A stretch of DNA of 63,373 nt, filler included, from Piptocephalis cylindrospora (taxonomy: Eukaryota): assembly GCA_003614145.1 (NCBI GenBank). It is 6 parts of 6 records of this genome, joined end to end, with 100 filler letters (N's around TTAATTAATTAA, not from the genome) between each part and the next. Parts side by side here need not be neighbours in the genome. Positions count along the whole stretch, not along the records: positions 31,908 to 42,404 come from KZ988035.1; positions 42,505 to 52,891 come from KZ988038.1; 4 more parts are not named here. One strand, written 5' to 3'. The notes under the pieces were generated by a model. It did no database searches. It saw only the letters and a program-made list of their open reading frames with translations, and was not told the origin of the DNA. Shown here one piece after another: positions 35,781-47,835 of this stretch (the stretch's first letter is position 1; the number at the start of each line of letters is the position of its first letter). The translations under genes were made by a program, and so were the position numbers.

Positions 35781-38416
35781 CTTGAGGAAGGGGGGAAGGA
35801 GGGAATGGGGGTATTAGAGGTGGAGGAGAGGGGAGGGGACGAGGGAAGAGGGGCCAGAAAAATATGGGTAAGGTGATGGGAAAGAAGTAGGAGCCAAGAA
35901 CCGGGTAGACGGTAGGACGTGGATGGGCAGGGGGGAAGAGAAAGGAGAGAGAGAGAGGAGAGAGAGGGAGAGGCAAAGAATGGTCGTCCGAGGGAGGAGT
36001 CGGCGATGGGGGGGAAGCGGAGTGGGAAAGAAGGGAATAGGCGGAGATGGAGGGCGGTGTTTGAGTATGGACGGTTTGGACGGTTTGGCCTGGATGACAC
36101 TGGGTAGGTTAGGTTAGGCTAGGTTAGGCTAGTCTAGGTTGAATAGGTCAGGCAAAGGGAACAGCCCTGTTGCTCCTGGCTGGCAGTAGGAGGGGGGACC
36201 TGATGAAGGGGGGAGAGGGTGGGACACGCAGACAGGGAACTCCGAAAGGCCTTCTAAACTGGACCAAGGGTATGCGCGCAAGCCGGGCTTGAGGGAGATG
36301 AGGACCTAACCTGGTTGAGATGGGTGAATGGGAGGTGTTAGGGAGGGATGGAAGATGCTTGTGTGGGTGAGATAATGAGAGAGAAGAGAAGAGAAGATGA
36401 AGGGAAAGGGGAGAGGGAGAAGACCATGGTGGCTGGAGTAGGTTCACAGTATTTATGCGGTTGGAGCATGTATCTTTGAAGCAGGATGGTGTGGGGGAGG
36501 GAGGTGAGAAGAGGTCCGGGGCCAAGCAAGGAATGGGAAGAGGAGAGAGAGAGAGAGAGGAGGGGAGGTGGAGAGGGTGGATGGTGCAGGGGATTATTCA
36601 CTACTGAATGGATAGAAGGGGCTAAGAGGGGGGGGGGGGGGGGGGGGAGAAGAGGGGGGGGGGGAGGAGAGGGCGGGAGTTGGACCCGGCAAGCGAGGGC
36701 GCGGCCAAGGGGAAGAAAAGATGAATGGGCAGGGGGAGTAGGGATGGATGAGGAGAAGGATGGGCTATTTATACATGACGGGGGAGGGGCCTAGATGGGA
36801 GGAGTCGTGGGCATAGTCCACCGGGGACGGGGAAATGGTTCGGGCCAGTTTAGTGTGGGGAATGGATAAAGCCGTATGTACGCATCATCATCGCTGTGCG
36901 GCGTCCCGCTGTTATTCTCTATCCGGGAGGGAGTAACGGTGCCCCCATGAACAAGGTCCTGCGTGGCGGTGTGAAAGTGTGGGGAGGTTGGGCGTGTATG
37001 TATGAGGTATACACAGGGGCTTGGTGGGCAGGTGCTTCCTTATCCCCCTTCTCAATCGTCAGTCCTGGTAAAAAGGCATGCGTGTAGGGGGATGGGAGGG
37101 GGAGGAGGAAGAGGAAGAAGATTGGATGCATCTCCAAGCCCTCCTGTTCCCAAGGCCTGTTACCCCACATACGCAACGGGAGCAAACACCAATGCGATAT
37201 CCATTCCACCCTTGAATGGTAGGAGGGGGGATGCTTGGGAAGGATAAGAGCTGGTCTGGACGCAAGATAGAATATGGGGTCAGAAGCTTGCAGAACATCA
37301 CATGGTCATGGTATCCATGGAAAGGGCATGATGGTCTAGGTCATTTCTTTCTTCAACGCCACCTTGGGAATTTTTTACATTAGCGAGCAAGAGGGATATA
37401 GCGGGGGCGGTCCAGCAACGAAAGGGGAGAGGTATGGAACAAAGTAGCGATCCCTCCTCGCTTGAATGGCCCTTCCATACATTACAGACCTAACTCCCAT
37501 AGAGTCACTGTGTTTAGAAAGGTATCCTTCCCCCCTTTCCTTATAGTAGCCATTGGTACATTTGCCCCTCCCCTCCCCCTCCATCCTCCAAGCCGTAGGA
37601 CCGCGCGTTTTGTCCCTTCGATGTAGAAGTCATCGACAGGTCTGACAGGCCCCCCCCCCCCCATACCTAGATTGCCCTCTCTCCTCCCTCTCTGGGTGTC
37701 CCTTCCGCAATGATCCTTGCCGGATAATTGACGGACGATTCATCTCTCTCCTAGCTCATACTCCCACACTCACACCTCATCCACACGACCATGTCAGACG
37801 AGACCACACTAGACCTTTCTGGGATAGGAAAACCTGGGGAAGCACGGGCGGGGTAGGATGAATGAGAAGTGTGGGAAGGGAAGGGAAGGGCAGGAGAGTT
37901 CATGGTGATTCGTCTTGCTGGATCGGGGGAACTGTCCTGTCCGATCCTGGTCGTCGGGAGTGTCCGGGAAGGAAGAGACAGGTTTTGATTGGGGATGTTC
38001 ATCATGCTATAGGGTATGGACGATCTCTCATTGGTCCTAAGTGTGTGACTCTGGTCTACATAGCCTCCTCCATGTGCCCATTGGTGCATTTTTAAATTTG
38101 GGATTTTTGGTCAAATGAACCAGTGTGAGGTGGGGTTGGGTTAAATCGGGCTTTTCAGGCTCAGGGTCTTGACAGTTGATCAGCACTACCGCTTGAAGAT
38201 GCGCTTAGAAGACCCGCACATGTCGTATAGTGAACTAATTAGCTCCTCCTCATGGGGAAAGATTCATAGGCACACAGTTTCAATTATAGATGTACGACGG
38301 ACGTTCTATTCCACTCATGCTTCGTACCTTACGAGAGGGACCATTAGGAGCACCTATGATCCGTACTCTTTGTACTCTCAGGATCCCCATGTCCAACACA
38401 CTTCATCCCTACCACC

Positions 38417-39685
<1,269 letters not shown>

Positions 39686-40139
39686 TTACACACCCAAAGG
39701 AGGGGGGAGGGGTTTGGACGTGGTGGGAGAGGTGAGACGCGCACTTTTGGGTCGGGAGAGATGGGCAGGATGTGAGTTGAGATGGTGCTGAAAGATGAAG
39801 TGGGACTGTGGAATATTGCATGAATCTTTTTGGGTGAATTTGGATGAAAGTAAGCAACATGCATCCAAAGTGGGTAGTTACTTTTCAATGAATTTCAAGT
39901 CTATTTTTCGGTTTTTTTGGTTTGTTTTCATCCTAGATACGGCTAGAGGATGAGCTGGCATGGTGAGGATAGCCAGTGTTGACCAGTTTGACTGGCCATT
40001 CTTTTTCTTCGGACTTGCAGAGTGTCCCCAAGTGTTTATATCCGTTCAGAGAGAGGGGGCGGCTATGCTTGAGTGAAAGGGCATGTCCCATCATCCCATC
40101 TCCTTCCTCCCCCCCCCTTGCCCACCTTGATAAAGCGTC

Positions 40140-40766
40140 ATGTCGGAACTTGTTGTGCCAGGTCAACGTTTAGGACACACGGATCAGCTTGTCCCAGGAA
40201 CCGGGACTTTTGCCCGAGGGGACCTAGTGTATGCTTCTGTGGTGGGCCAAGTGCGTCGTACTGACCTGCCCAATGGACCCGAGGGGAAGATGCAAGTGAC
40301 GGTTCATAGAGAAAAGGAGGCTTCCACCGTTCCTGAGGTGGATGGCATTGTAAGTGCAGCGCGCTACTATCGGCTTTCTACCACCTGACTTGCCTCTCCC
40401 TCCCAATAGGTCGTCGGTACGGTCCTTCGGGTGAATCCAAGGGCTGCCACCCTATCCATCCAGGTGGTGGGGGAAAGAACGTGTACGAATGAGTTTAACG
40501 GAGTAATCCGTGTGGAGGATATCCGAGCCACGGAAAAGGACAAGGTGAAGATGACCGAGTCCTTCCGGCCGGGAGATGTGGTCCGTGCCCAGGTGGTCTC
40601 TCTTGGGGATGCTCGATCCTACTATCTTTCCACGGCCAAGAACATCCTTGGGGTCCTTCATGCAAAATCCTTGGCTGGTGCTCCTATGTACCCTGTGTCC
40701 TGGAGGGAGATGAAGTGTTCCCAGACAGGGGGCATTGAGCTGCGCAAGTGTGCCAAGCCCTTTTGA
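40140..40766 (+). CDS. CSL4: Exosome cap subunit Csl4 (intron 40350-40409)
   Basis: MSELVVPGQRLG; GVIRVEDIRATEKDKV..SFRPGDVVRAQVVSLGDARSYYLSTAKN.LGV; ELRKCAKP. Confidence 0.95.
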
Positions 40767-40937
40767 GATCATGGAGCAATGCAGTGTTCTTTTTCGATAG
40801 GTCTTTATTTTGAGTATGTGCTTTTTCCTAATCATCCATGTTGTTATTGACATGGGTGTGGGAGAGGGAGAGAAAGAGAAAGAGGGCTGCTTCATCGGAA
40901 ACGGCCAATGTCCCCTGACTCGCGATAAGGAATGGCC

Positions 40938-41813
40938 CTAGTCCTCCTTGGAGGCGTGAAGGGTCCCTGTGGGACGAAAGATTGTGGAACGGTAGTACTT
41001 GAGTTCTTGAATGCTCTCTAGGATATCATCCAAGGCCCTGGAGGAGGGGGAAGGACAAGATTAATCACCGGGTTGAGAAGGTCCCATGAATAAGGAAACC
41101 TCACTTACCGATGACTCATCCCCTTCTTGGGTGGGGAAATCTCGGCACGAGTGTACCATCGGCTGGCCACCTCCTTGATCGTGCTTACATCTATGCATGG
41201 GGAGACGAATGAGAAAGGCAAAGAAGAGAGATGGGGATTGTTCATTGCCAATGCACCGCTTACCAATAATCCTGTAATGCAACATGCCCATGAGACGTGG
41301 CATTTCTTGCTGTAGAAACTGTCGGTCCACATGAACCGAGTTGCCCGCAAGGACCACTCGATCCTCCGGCAGGGTATGGGCTTGAAGAAAGGTGATAAGC
41401 TGATCTTCGGCCTGAACAGTCGTGGTTTTGGAAGAGAGAACCGCCGAGGTAAGTCCAGATTGACCATGATGTTCCGTACACCACTCATCCATGCCATCCA
41501 GCAAGGATTTCGGCTGTTGGATGATGACAGAGGGTCCCTGAGGAGTATACAGTGTCAGACAGGGAGTTGCTTTAAAGCCAGGGCTCCTTCCGATCCCACT
41601 TACCTCCACTGTTGTGGACAGGGCGCCGTTCGTCAAGATGGCGGCTATCTCGATGATTTTATCCTTATTCAGGTTAAGACCTGTCATCTACATGGAATCG
41701 GCTGAGGAAATGAGGATGGGTGGGTGGATGGCGCTGGGAAAGTGATCCAGATGTAAGCCTCTCACCTCACAGTCAATCCACAGGAGAGGTTGTTGGAGTA
41801 GTTGAGCTCTCAT
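40938..41813 (-). CDS. REX2: Oligoribonuclease (DEDDh), multi-exon
   Basis: Spliced PLLWIDCE-MTGL; MDEWCTEHHGQSGL; LAGNSVHVDRQFL; HYRIIDVSTIKE; HRALDDILESIQELKYYR. Confidence 0.93.
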
Positions 41814-42404
41814 CGTTAACCGGGTTCCTTATACTGAGGAGAAGAGGAGGAGGAGGAATTGAGGAGGATCAGAAGAAAAAGGTCAACAATGGCCAGCAGT
41901 GCTCAGAGAATTGGAATTCCGACGGGGTTTGTAGCGTGGACGTGTCGGACCTAAGATTGGCCTAGTCTGGGGAAGAGGTCCGCATACACCATGTCTAGAG
42001 GGCGAGTCAATGTCTTTATCATCATTCAGTTTCTAATCATCGTATAAGTCGTAAACAATGATGTATCCAGAAACAACTATTAGTCATAAACGTTTATCCC
42101 TTTTCTTCATCCTCCTAGATCCATCCTGATCAGGGGATAATCTTGCAGGATGGCATCTTCTTTTGACAGGGCCCTGTCATGCAGGGTCAAAGTCCGTCCC
42201 TCTCCTCTCCTCTCCTCTCTACTCCCCTCCCCCCCCCCTCCCCCCTCCCCCCCTCCCATCCCTTCACTACTCTATAATCCCCCCCCCCACCCCCCCCCCC
42301 CCCCCCCCCAGCGCCGGCGCCCCCTGGTGTGGGGGGGGGGGGGGGGGGGGGAGGAGCGAAGATGGAGAAAGTAAGAGACCCTGTTCCATCCCTGCCGTAT
42401 AATC

Positions 42405-42504
42405 NNNNNNNNNNNNNNNNNNNNNNNNNNNNNNNNNNNNNNNNNNNNTTAATTAATTAANNNNNNNNNNNNNNNNNNNNNNNNNNNNNNNNNNNNNNNN
42501 NNNN
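42405..42504. other. Artificial contig-joining spacer
   Basis: N44-TTAATTAATTAA-N44. Confidence 0.99.
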
Positions 42505-43240
42505 ACTTTTTTCCCCATGATTGTATGTATGGTGCTTTAATGGAAAGGTAAATGGATCCATCATCCCCTTCCTATTCTCATCTTTGGACAAGGCGTGCTG
42601 TTTGAGATGTTTGAGTTTGAATGTGGAGAGAGGTGTGAGTATTTGGGGGGAATCCACAGGCTTTAATGTGGATATCGCATGCCCGATGTATCTTCTGATC
42701 TTACAAGGTGGGATGATCGTTCAGTCCGTAAAGTGCACAGAATACAAGGATGTCGTCATACCTGCAAGGTCAAATCACGGGGAATGTCATTCTAGGACGT
42801 TAGCCAGAGCCAATGTCAGTTTTTTAAAGCCCAGTCTAAATCACTGGTTGATGGCACTATCACCAGCTCATTCTATCCGCTCTACCGCATTCGCAGTAGG
42901 AGTCGGGCCAGAATGTTTAAGTGGTATCTCCATTCACTTCATTTTTCCTCGGCCACTACCGCAAAGAAGCCAAGATATCTTGACATCCTTGGGCTGCTCG
43001 GGAAGGCCTGGGTGTTATGTCGACCCTTAGTTTTCAAAAGTATTATTGCTTGTCGCATTGTGACGGTTTGTCAAAGGCTTGATGTCTAGATGGGTTAAAT
43101 GGGTTCATGAGGGGCTTCCTCTTTTATGCCTCCGTTGATAAGCTAGCGGAAATGATCCCCGACACTATAATTTAATGTAACTTTCAATGATTTATACACC
43201 AAGGGCTGAACGAGTGTATAATTTTTTATCATTAAGTGCT

Positions 43241-43402
43241 TGTAGGGGCTTTCATTATTGATCGCTATCAATCACGTTTAGTATGTTTAGTACCAAGTCA
43301 TTGGATGACCACTGGAACCAAACCACAAAGGAAAAAAGAGAGGAGAGAGAAAGAGAAGAAAAGGAGAAAGAAGAAGGATGAAAAGGCAGGGTGGTCCTAG
43401 CA
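43241..43402 (-). repeat. 3' LTR (162 bp)
   Basis: Plus strand reads TGTAGGGGCT...GGTCCTAGCA; aligns end to end with 45551-45710. Confidence 0.85.
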
Positions 43403-43565
43403 TGCTTCCCCCCCCCCCAATGCTTCCCCTCCTCATCCTCTAGATCGTAGGACCCGTTATCATACCGCCTTCTCAATTTCCACCGCGGACCAACCCTGCC
43501 AAAGATAGCCGACAGCAACTGCTCAGCATCTACTCCAGCCGCCGGCTTCGCTCCACCAAGGTTCT
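43403..43565 (-). pseudogene. Relic resembling a Ty3/gypsy integrase C-terminal tail, running into the polypurine tract
   Basis: Translates to ...GRVGPRWKLRRRYDNGSYDLEDEEGKH, then G11-AAGCA directly before the LTR TG. Confidence 0.5.
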
Positions 43566-43568
43566 AGC

Positions 43569-45302
43569 TCAGTTTGCTACGTGTAACTCAGCGAAATGGG
43601 CCTGCCCCTTTGTAGCGCTCGTGGGCTCGCCCTTCACGGTAGTGACTTGATCGTCTGTTTGTATGATCGCGTGGCCCGTCCCAGCTACCAGAGTCTGATG
43701 GGTACCGCACACAGTCAGCCCCAGTTTCAGGCCCAAGTCCCAGTAGTTCATCTTCGAACAGGACTTCGTGTAATGCCCGGTTGTACAGGATATAATCTGG
43801 AAGAGCGAGGAGTTTAGAGCCCGTACTCGGGTGTTGCCCCTACATCCCCAGAACAGCCATGAACAAAGCCCAATTAATGTCAAAGCCGCTGCAATGCCCA
43901 AAGGGACCCAGGGGAAAGGTGCTCGGTATGCGCCCTTATACAACCCGTCACACCCTCCGTAGCTACCACGGCAACCAGCCACATGGATAGCCTCCGGAGT
44001 CGACCTCACGATACGCGCCGGATCGTGGAGGGGTTCACCACGCCACTCAGGCCTGGAGCCTTGTTCGACACCTCCGACAACACGGCTAGTCAGGTCGGTG
44101 TACCAGGTGATCGAATTCCCGGTATCCTGTGTGCCCACCGGCCATGACCACAACAACCCTCCTGCCGCGGACGATGGGGGAGGGGTCACAAGACCAACGG
44201 ACCAGACCATAACATCTTGTCGGGACTCGACCAGGTAGAATCCACCCACGTCTCCAACAAAGGCTGAAAATAACAACCGGTAAGACCCATCAGTATTACG
44301 AGTCGTCCTCATTCTCAAGATCACAGTCCCGTCGGTCCCTGGGGGCTTCGGCGACGAACGGTACTGAGCCCAGCCGGAAGTGCAAAAGGCAGCATCTTCA
44401 GCCATCTCGTCCTTGAAGAAGGCTGCGCACGGTTCTATACCATCACTCGCATCGAACCGGCGCACACGTGTGTAGATTGTTTTCGACACGATTGACTCAT
44501 TTGGTCCGTCCCTCGTCACTCCTTCGTTCAGACACACAACGTATGTGGATGGTGGTCCGCTTACAATCCCCCAAGAACACGACCCGATGTAAGGCTGTGT
44601 AGGTCGCCTCATCACATCCAATCCTTGGATAGGCGAGATTGCGTTAACCTTCGGGGCGAGCCAGATCAACCCTCCCCCGGTACCAATGTCCGCAGGGGAT
44701 GCTACATAATTCACCACTTCCTCATCCCCGGACCACACCGAACTTGTATTCAACCCAGCCAAGATCCAACTTGGCCATCCGAATGATCCGAACACGCCAT
44801 GTGTGGACCATCGGGTCACTCCCCGCTCCAATCGCACTGCATTATACGACCGCTCTTTCGGGATGCCGACGCTTTCCCCGGACACTATAGCAGCCGCTGG
44901 ATCCAGCTCCACCGTCAGGTTACCCTCGTTATCCTTGAAAGAATAGAGGCGGCCTGGATCCGAGGCGTATTCACCATCTCCCACACGACGCCATCGCGGC
45001 TCAGTGCTGTAAACGCTCGACACGATCGTGGGGATCGCGTCTCCCACAACCAGTAAGGCCACGCCCACCATACTGCCCACCATTAACGCCCGATGTTGCC
45101 AGCTGGACCTCCGCATCCAAACACGAACACACTCGTACCGCCCCGACTTCACCAGAAAAACAAGCGCGTCAGGAATACCGTCCACCTTGCTTGCTGCCAC
45201 CGTAATTAACCATATAGTACACCAAGAAACAACCAACGATAACCATGTAGCGATCGCTACTAGCATCCAACCAGGAACATTGTGTGTATTCAATACATCC
45301 AT
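43569..45302 (-). CDS. Intronless 577-aa membrane protein of unknown function (two N-terminal TMs, large loop, C-terminal TM)
   Basis: First ATG at 45302. Hydrophobic segments WMLVAIATWLSLVVSWCTIWLITV, LMVGSMVGVALLVVG and WVPLGIAAALTLIGLCSWLFW; several Cys and N-x-S/T sites in the loop. Confidence 0.8.
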   Translation of the reverse strand: MDVLNTHNVPGWMLVAIATWLSLVVSWCTIWLITVAASKVDGIPDALVFLVKSGRYECVRVWMRRSSWQHRALMVGSMVGVALLVVGDAIPTIVSSVYSTEPRWRRVGDGEYASDPGRLYSFKDNEGNLTVELDPAAAIVSGESVGIPKERSYNAVRLERGVTRWSTHGVFGSFGWPSWILAGLNTSSVWSGDEEVVNYVASPADIGTGGGLIWLAPKVNAISPIQGLDVMRRPTQPYIGSCSWGIVSGPPSTYVVCLNEGVTRDGPNESIVSKTIYTRVRRFDASDGIEPCAAFFKDEMAEDAAFCTSGWAQYRSSPKPPGTDGTVILRMRTTRNTDGSYRLLFSAFVGDVGGFYLVESRQDVMVWSVGLVTPPPSSAAGGLLWSWPVGTQDTGNSITWYTDLTSRVVGGVEQGSRPEWRGEPLHDPARIVRSTPEAIHVAGCRGSYGGCDGLYKGAYRAPFPWVPLGIAAALTLIGLCSWLFWGCRGNTRVRALNSSLFQIISCTTGHYTKSCSKMNYWDLGLKLGLTVCGTHQTLVAGTGHAIIQTDDQVTTVKGEPTSATKGQAHFAELHVAN

Positions 45303-45550
45303 TGGGGTAGGGAGAAGTGAATCCGAGGTATTTCTTTCTTTATCCTGGATGATGTTGTGGAACTGGGGAATGATGATTGCTATGATCACAAGGATTTGAA
45401 GATAGACGAGTGGATGGATGGATAGGTGAATGGACGGAAGAATGGTCGGGGGGGGATGGATGGATAGTTAATTCTCCCGGGGCAAGTTGCCTATTAAAAT
45501 GCTCGCTTTGTATGTTGGTATGGGCCTATGCCCTGGTCCTCCACCGGATA

Positions 45551-45710
45551 TATAGGGGCTTTCACTATTGATCACTATTGATCACGTTTGGTATGCTTAG
45601 TACCAAGTCACGGGATGACCACTGGAATCAAACCACAAAGGAAAAACGAGAGGGGGGAGAGAGAGGAAAAGGGGAAAGAAGAAGGGTGAAAAGACGGGAT
45701 GGTCCTAGCA
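45551..45710 (-). repeat. 5' LTR (160 bp)
   Basis: Plus strand reads TATAGGGGCT...GGTCCTAGCA; roughly 20 differences from the other copy by eye, mostly transitions. Confidence 0.85.
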
Positions 45711-46719
45711 TGCATCTTTTCCCAATCCTTTTCTATCTCCCATGCCCGTTCCCCCAGGCTCCTCTCACACTTATCCCCGCCTTGTATCCACCCTTCCACA
45801 CCCACACACACTCTCTCCATCCTCTATATGAGAGATGAGAGGACCTATCTCACAGGGATGATCTTGCTGACTTTCATCAATGCAGTCAGCTCTGACGTGT
45901 TCGAGGTTTATTTCAAGTAGAACAGAATACAATGCATAAAGGCGTGCATTCCACTGCATCTAAGGCACTTCCCAGAACAATACATCGGCATCAAACTCCG
46001 ACATTTTTGGCATTAACTCCGATTCCGTTTCAAAATCCCCCTCCTGTTCACATCCTAGACTCTCTCGAGACTCATCATTCCCTTGAAGGGGCATACTACC
46101 TTTGTGAGCATAGTCCGTCCCCTTCTGTCAGCCTGCCGCCTCTCAATCAGGGGCTTTGACACATCCCTCCAGCGGCTGATCATCATTAAGCACGAAACCC
46201 ACACACATCAACGTATCCAGATGAGGAGGGCTCTGAGATGTGTGAACACCAATGGCCATTCCTCTCTCCATCATCGCTTATGCTTCTCCATTACCCTTTA
46301 AAAAAATCACGTTTCAAGGCTACTCAGCCTTTCAAGGCAATATAAACCCCAGAATATGACCTTTTGTCTCTTTGGCTCTTCCACTAGCGCTTTCATCTGC
46401 TTGTTCTCATCTTTCCTCCATCTCGCACTCCTTCCTTCTCCCTTTCTGCGCTCTCCTCACCCACTCGTCGATCTGGTATCGACCATTCGTCACCTTTCCC
46501 TCCAACTTGCCCTGCATTCTTCTTCTCGTGCTCTCCTTTGCCATTGGTCGATCAGGCATCGATTATCCGTCATCCCTCCCGCCAGCTCATCTTGTCTCCT
46601 CCCTTCGAACAAACATTTTTTGGTCTTCTTGGTGGATTACATCACTCAATCATCACTGTTGTCAACACTCATACCATCATCATCATCATCATCATTTCTG
46701 TCATTTCTTCTCTCACGAA

Positions 46720-47835
46720 ATGCGCTTCTTTGCCTCCTCTCCCCTCCGCCCTATCCTAGTCGTCCTCATCCTCTCGCTCCTCTGTCTACTCAGGGTAGAG
46801 GCAAAGCATACGAAACCCGACGTGGGCTATGCTAAATCGTCAGCGAACTCCATTTGGAAGAAACCTGGAACGATCACATGTGACACCTACGATAACTTGG
46901 AAATGATTGAACGTGTCAACATTGAACGGTCCAAGAGAGGTCTCAAGCCTTACGGTTTCCTTGAGTCATTAAATCGAGTAGCCGCCTACCACTCCTGGGA
47001 TCAAGCCATCCATAACCGTATGACACATACTGACTCGAGGGGACGGAGGCTACGAGATCGTGTTAATGATGCGGGATGTACGGAATTCAAGGAAACGATG
47101 GAGAATGTCTCATGGGGCCGGCCGAGCATCGCCATGGCCATAAAGAAGTGGATGGACTCTCCCAAGCACAGAGCCAACATCCTTCATCCTCGAATCACCC
47201 ACTTTGGCGCTGCTTTATGGTTTTCTAAGAATGGGGTACCTCATTACACCCAGAGCTTTGCAGAAATGCGGAATGCCCATCCCGTCTTCCCCATGCGTCC
47301 CACTTCCGTTCCTGGAAGTGCTAAAACCTGCGGCACGGTCCAGGATACCCCGAGACCTGGTCCTCCCGAGAGAGGTGGGGAAGCGGAGCAGCCTCAGCTT
47401 GCTCATGATGGCGGCACTGTTCCTGAGGAGAAGAAGGCACCCAAGCCCAAGAGCATATACAAGCCTCAGCCTAAGAAAGAGAGTAAGTTTAAGCTCAAGA
47501 CCAAGGCCAAGCCTAAACCTAAACCACAGAGCAAGCTCCAACGGACACAGCCTTCGGCCGAGCACAAAGCAGGCTACAGCTCCATTAGCCCTCCTTCATC
47601 CCCCAAGAAGGTGCACAAGGCAGCTCCTCCTTCATCGCCCAAGAAGGTACGCAAGGAAAGCCCTCCTTCATCATTCAAAAGGGTATACAAAGCCACCGCG
47701 GGCTCAGACTTGGCCAAAAGGTACTGCAAGAACAGCAAGCGGGCGCCCGGAAATGCCCGCGTTACCATCACCATCACTAAGAGAGGTCGTCTGAATTACT
47801 ACCATTGCAAGTGGACATGGACAGTGTCTGGATAG
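46720..47835 (+). CDS. Secreted CAP/SCP-domain (YkwD-like) protein with a Lys/Pro-rich tail
   Basis: Signal peptide MRFFASSPLRPILVVLILSLLCLLRVEA; VNIERSKRGL..AAYHSWDQ..MTH..ENVSWG..WMDSPKHRANIL..HYTQSF. Confidence 0.9.
   Translation: MRFFASSPLRPILVVLILSLLCLLRVEAKHTKPDVGYAKSSANSIWKKPGTITCDTYDNLEMIERVNIERSKRGLKPYGFLESLNRVAAYHSWDQAIHNRMTHTDSRGRRLRDRVNDAGCTEFKETMENVSWGRPSIAMAIKKWMDSPKHRANILHPRITHFGAALWFSKNGVPHYTQSFAEMRNAHPVFPMRPTSVPGSAKTCGTVQDTPRPGPPERGGEAEQPQLAHDGGTVPEEKKAPKPKSIYKPQPKKESKFKLKTKAKPKPKPQSKLQRTQPSAEHKAGYSSISPPSSPKKVHKAAPPSSPKKVRKESPPSSFKRVYKATAGSDLAKRYCKNSKRAPGNARVTITITKRGRLNYYHCKWTWTVSG

Larger units (their letters stand above)
43241..45710 (-). mobile_element. Non-autonomous LTR-type element (TRIM/LARD-like) carrying a membrane-protein gene
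   Basis: About 160-bp direct repeats at both ends with TG..CA termini; polypurine tract next to the 3' LTR; degenerate PBS-like site after the 5' LTR; integrase-tail-like peptide; no gag or RT. Confidence 0.75.

Noticed and set aside
35900..38400. Many small ORFs and (TAGGT/TAGGC)n at about 36103-36140
   Set aside because: Low-complexity purine-rich upstream region of the RhoGAP gene; no supportable gene or element.
42224..42351. Poly-C / poly-G inverted arrangement
   Set aside because: Homopolymer-rich contig end, probably low-quality sequence.
42521..43030. 169-aa plus-strand ORF
   Set aside because: Non-ATG start, no domain features, atypical composition.
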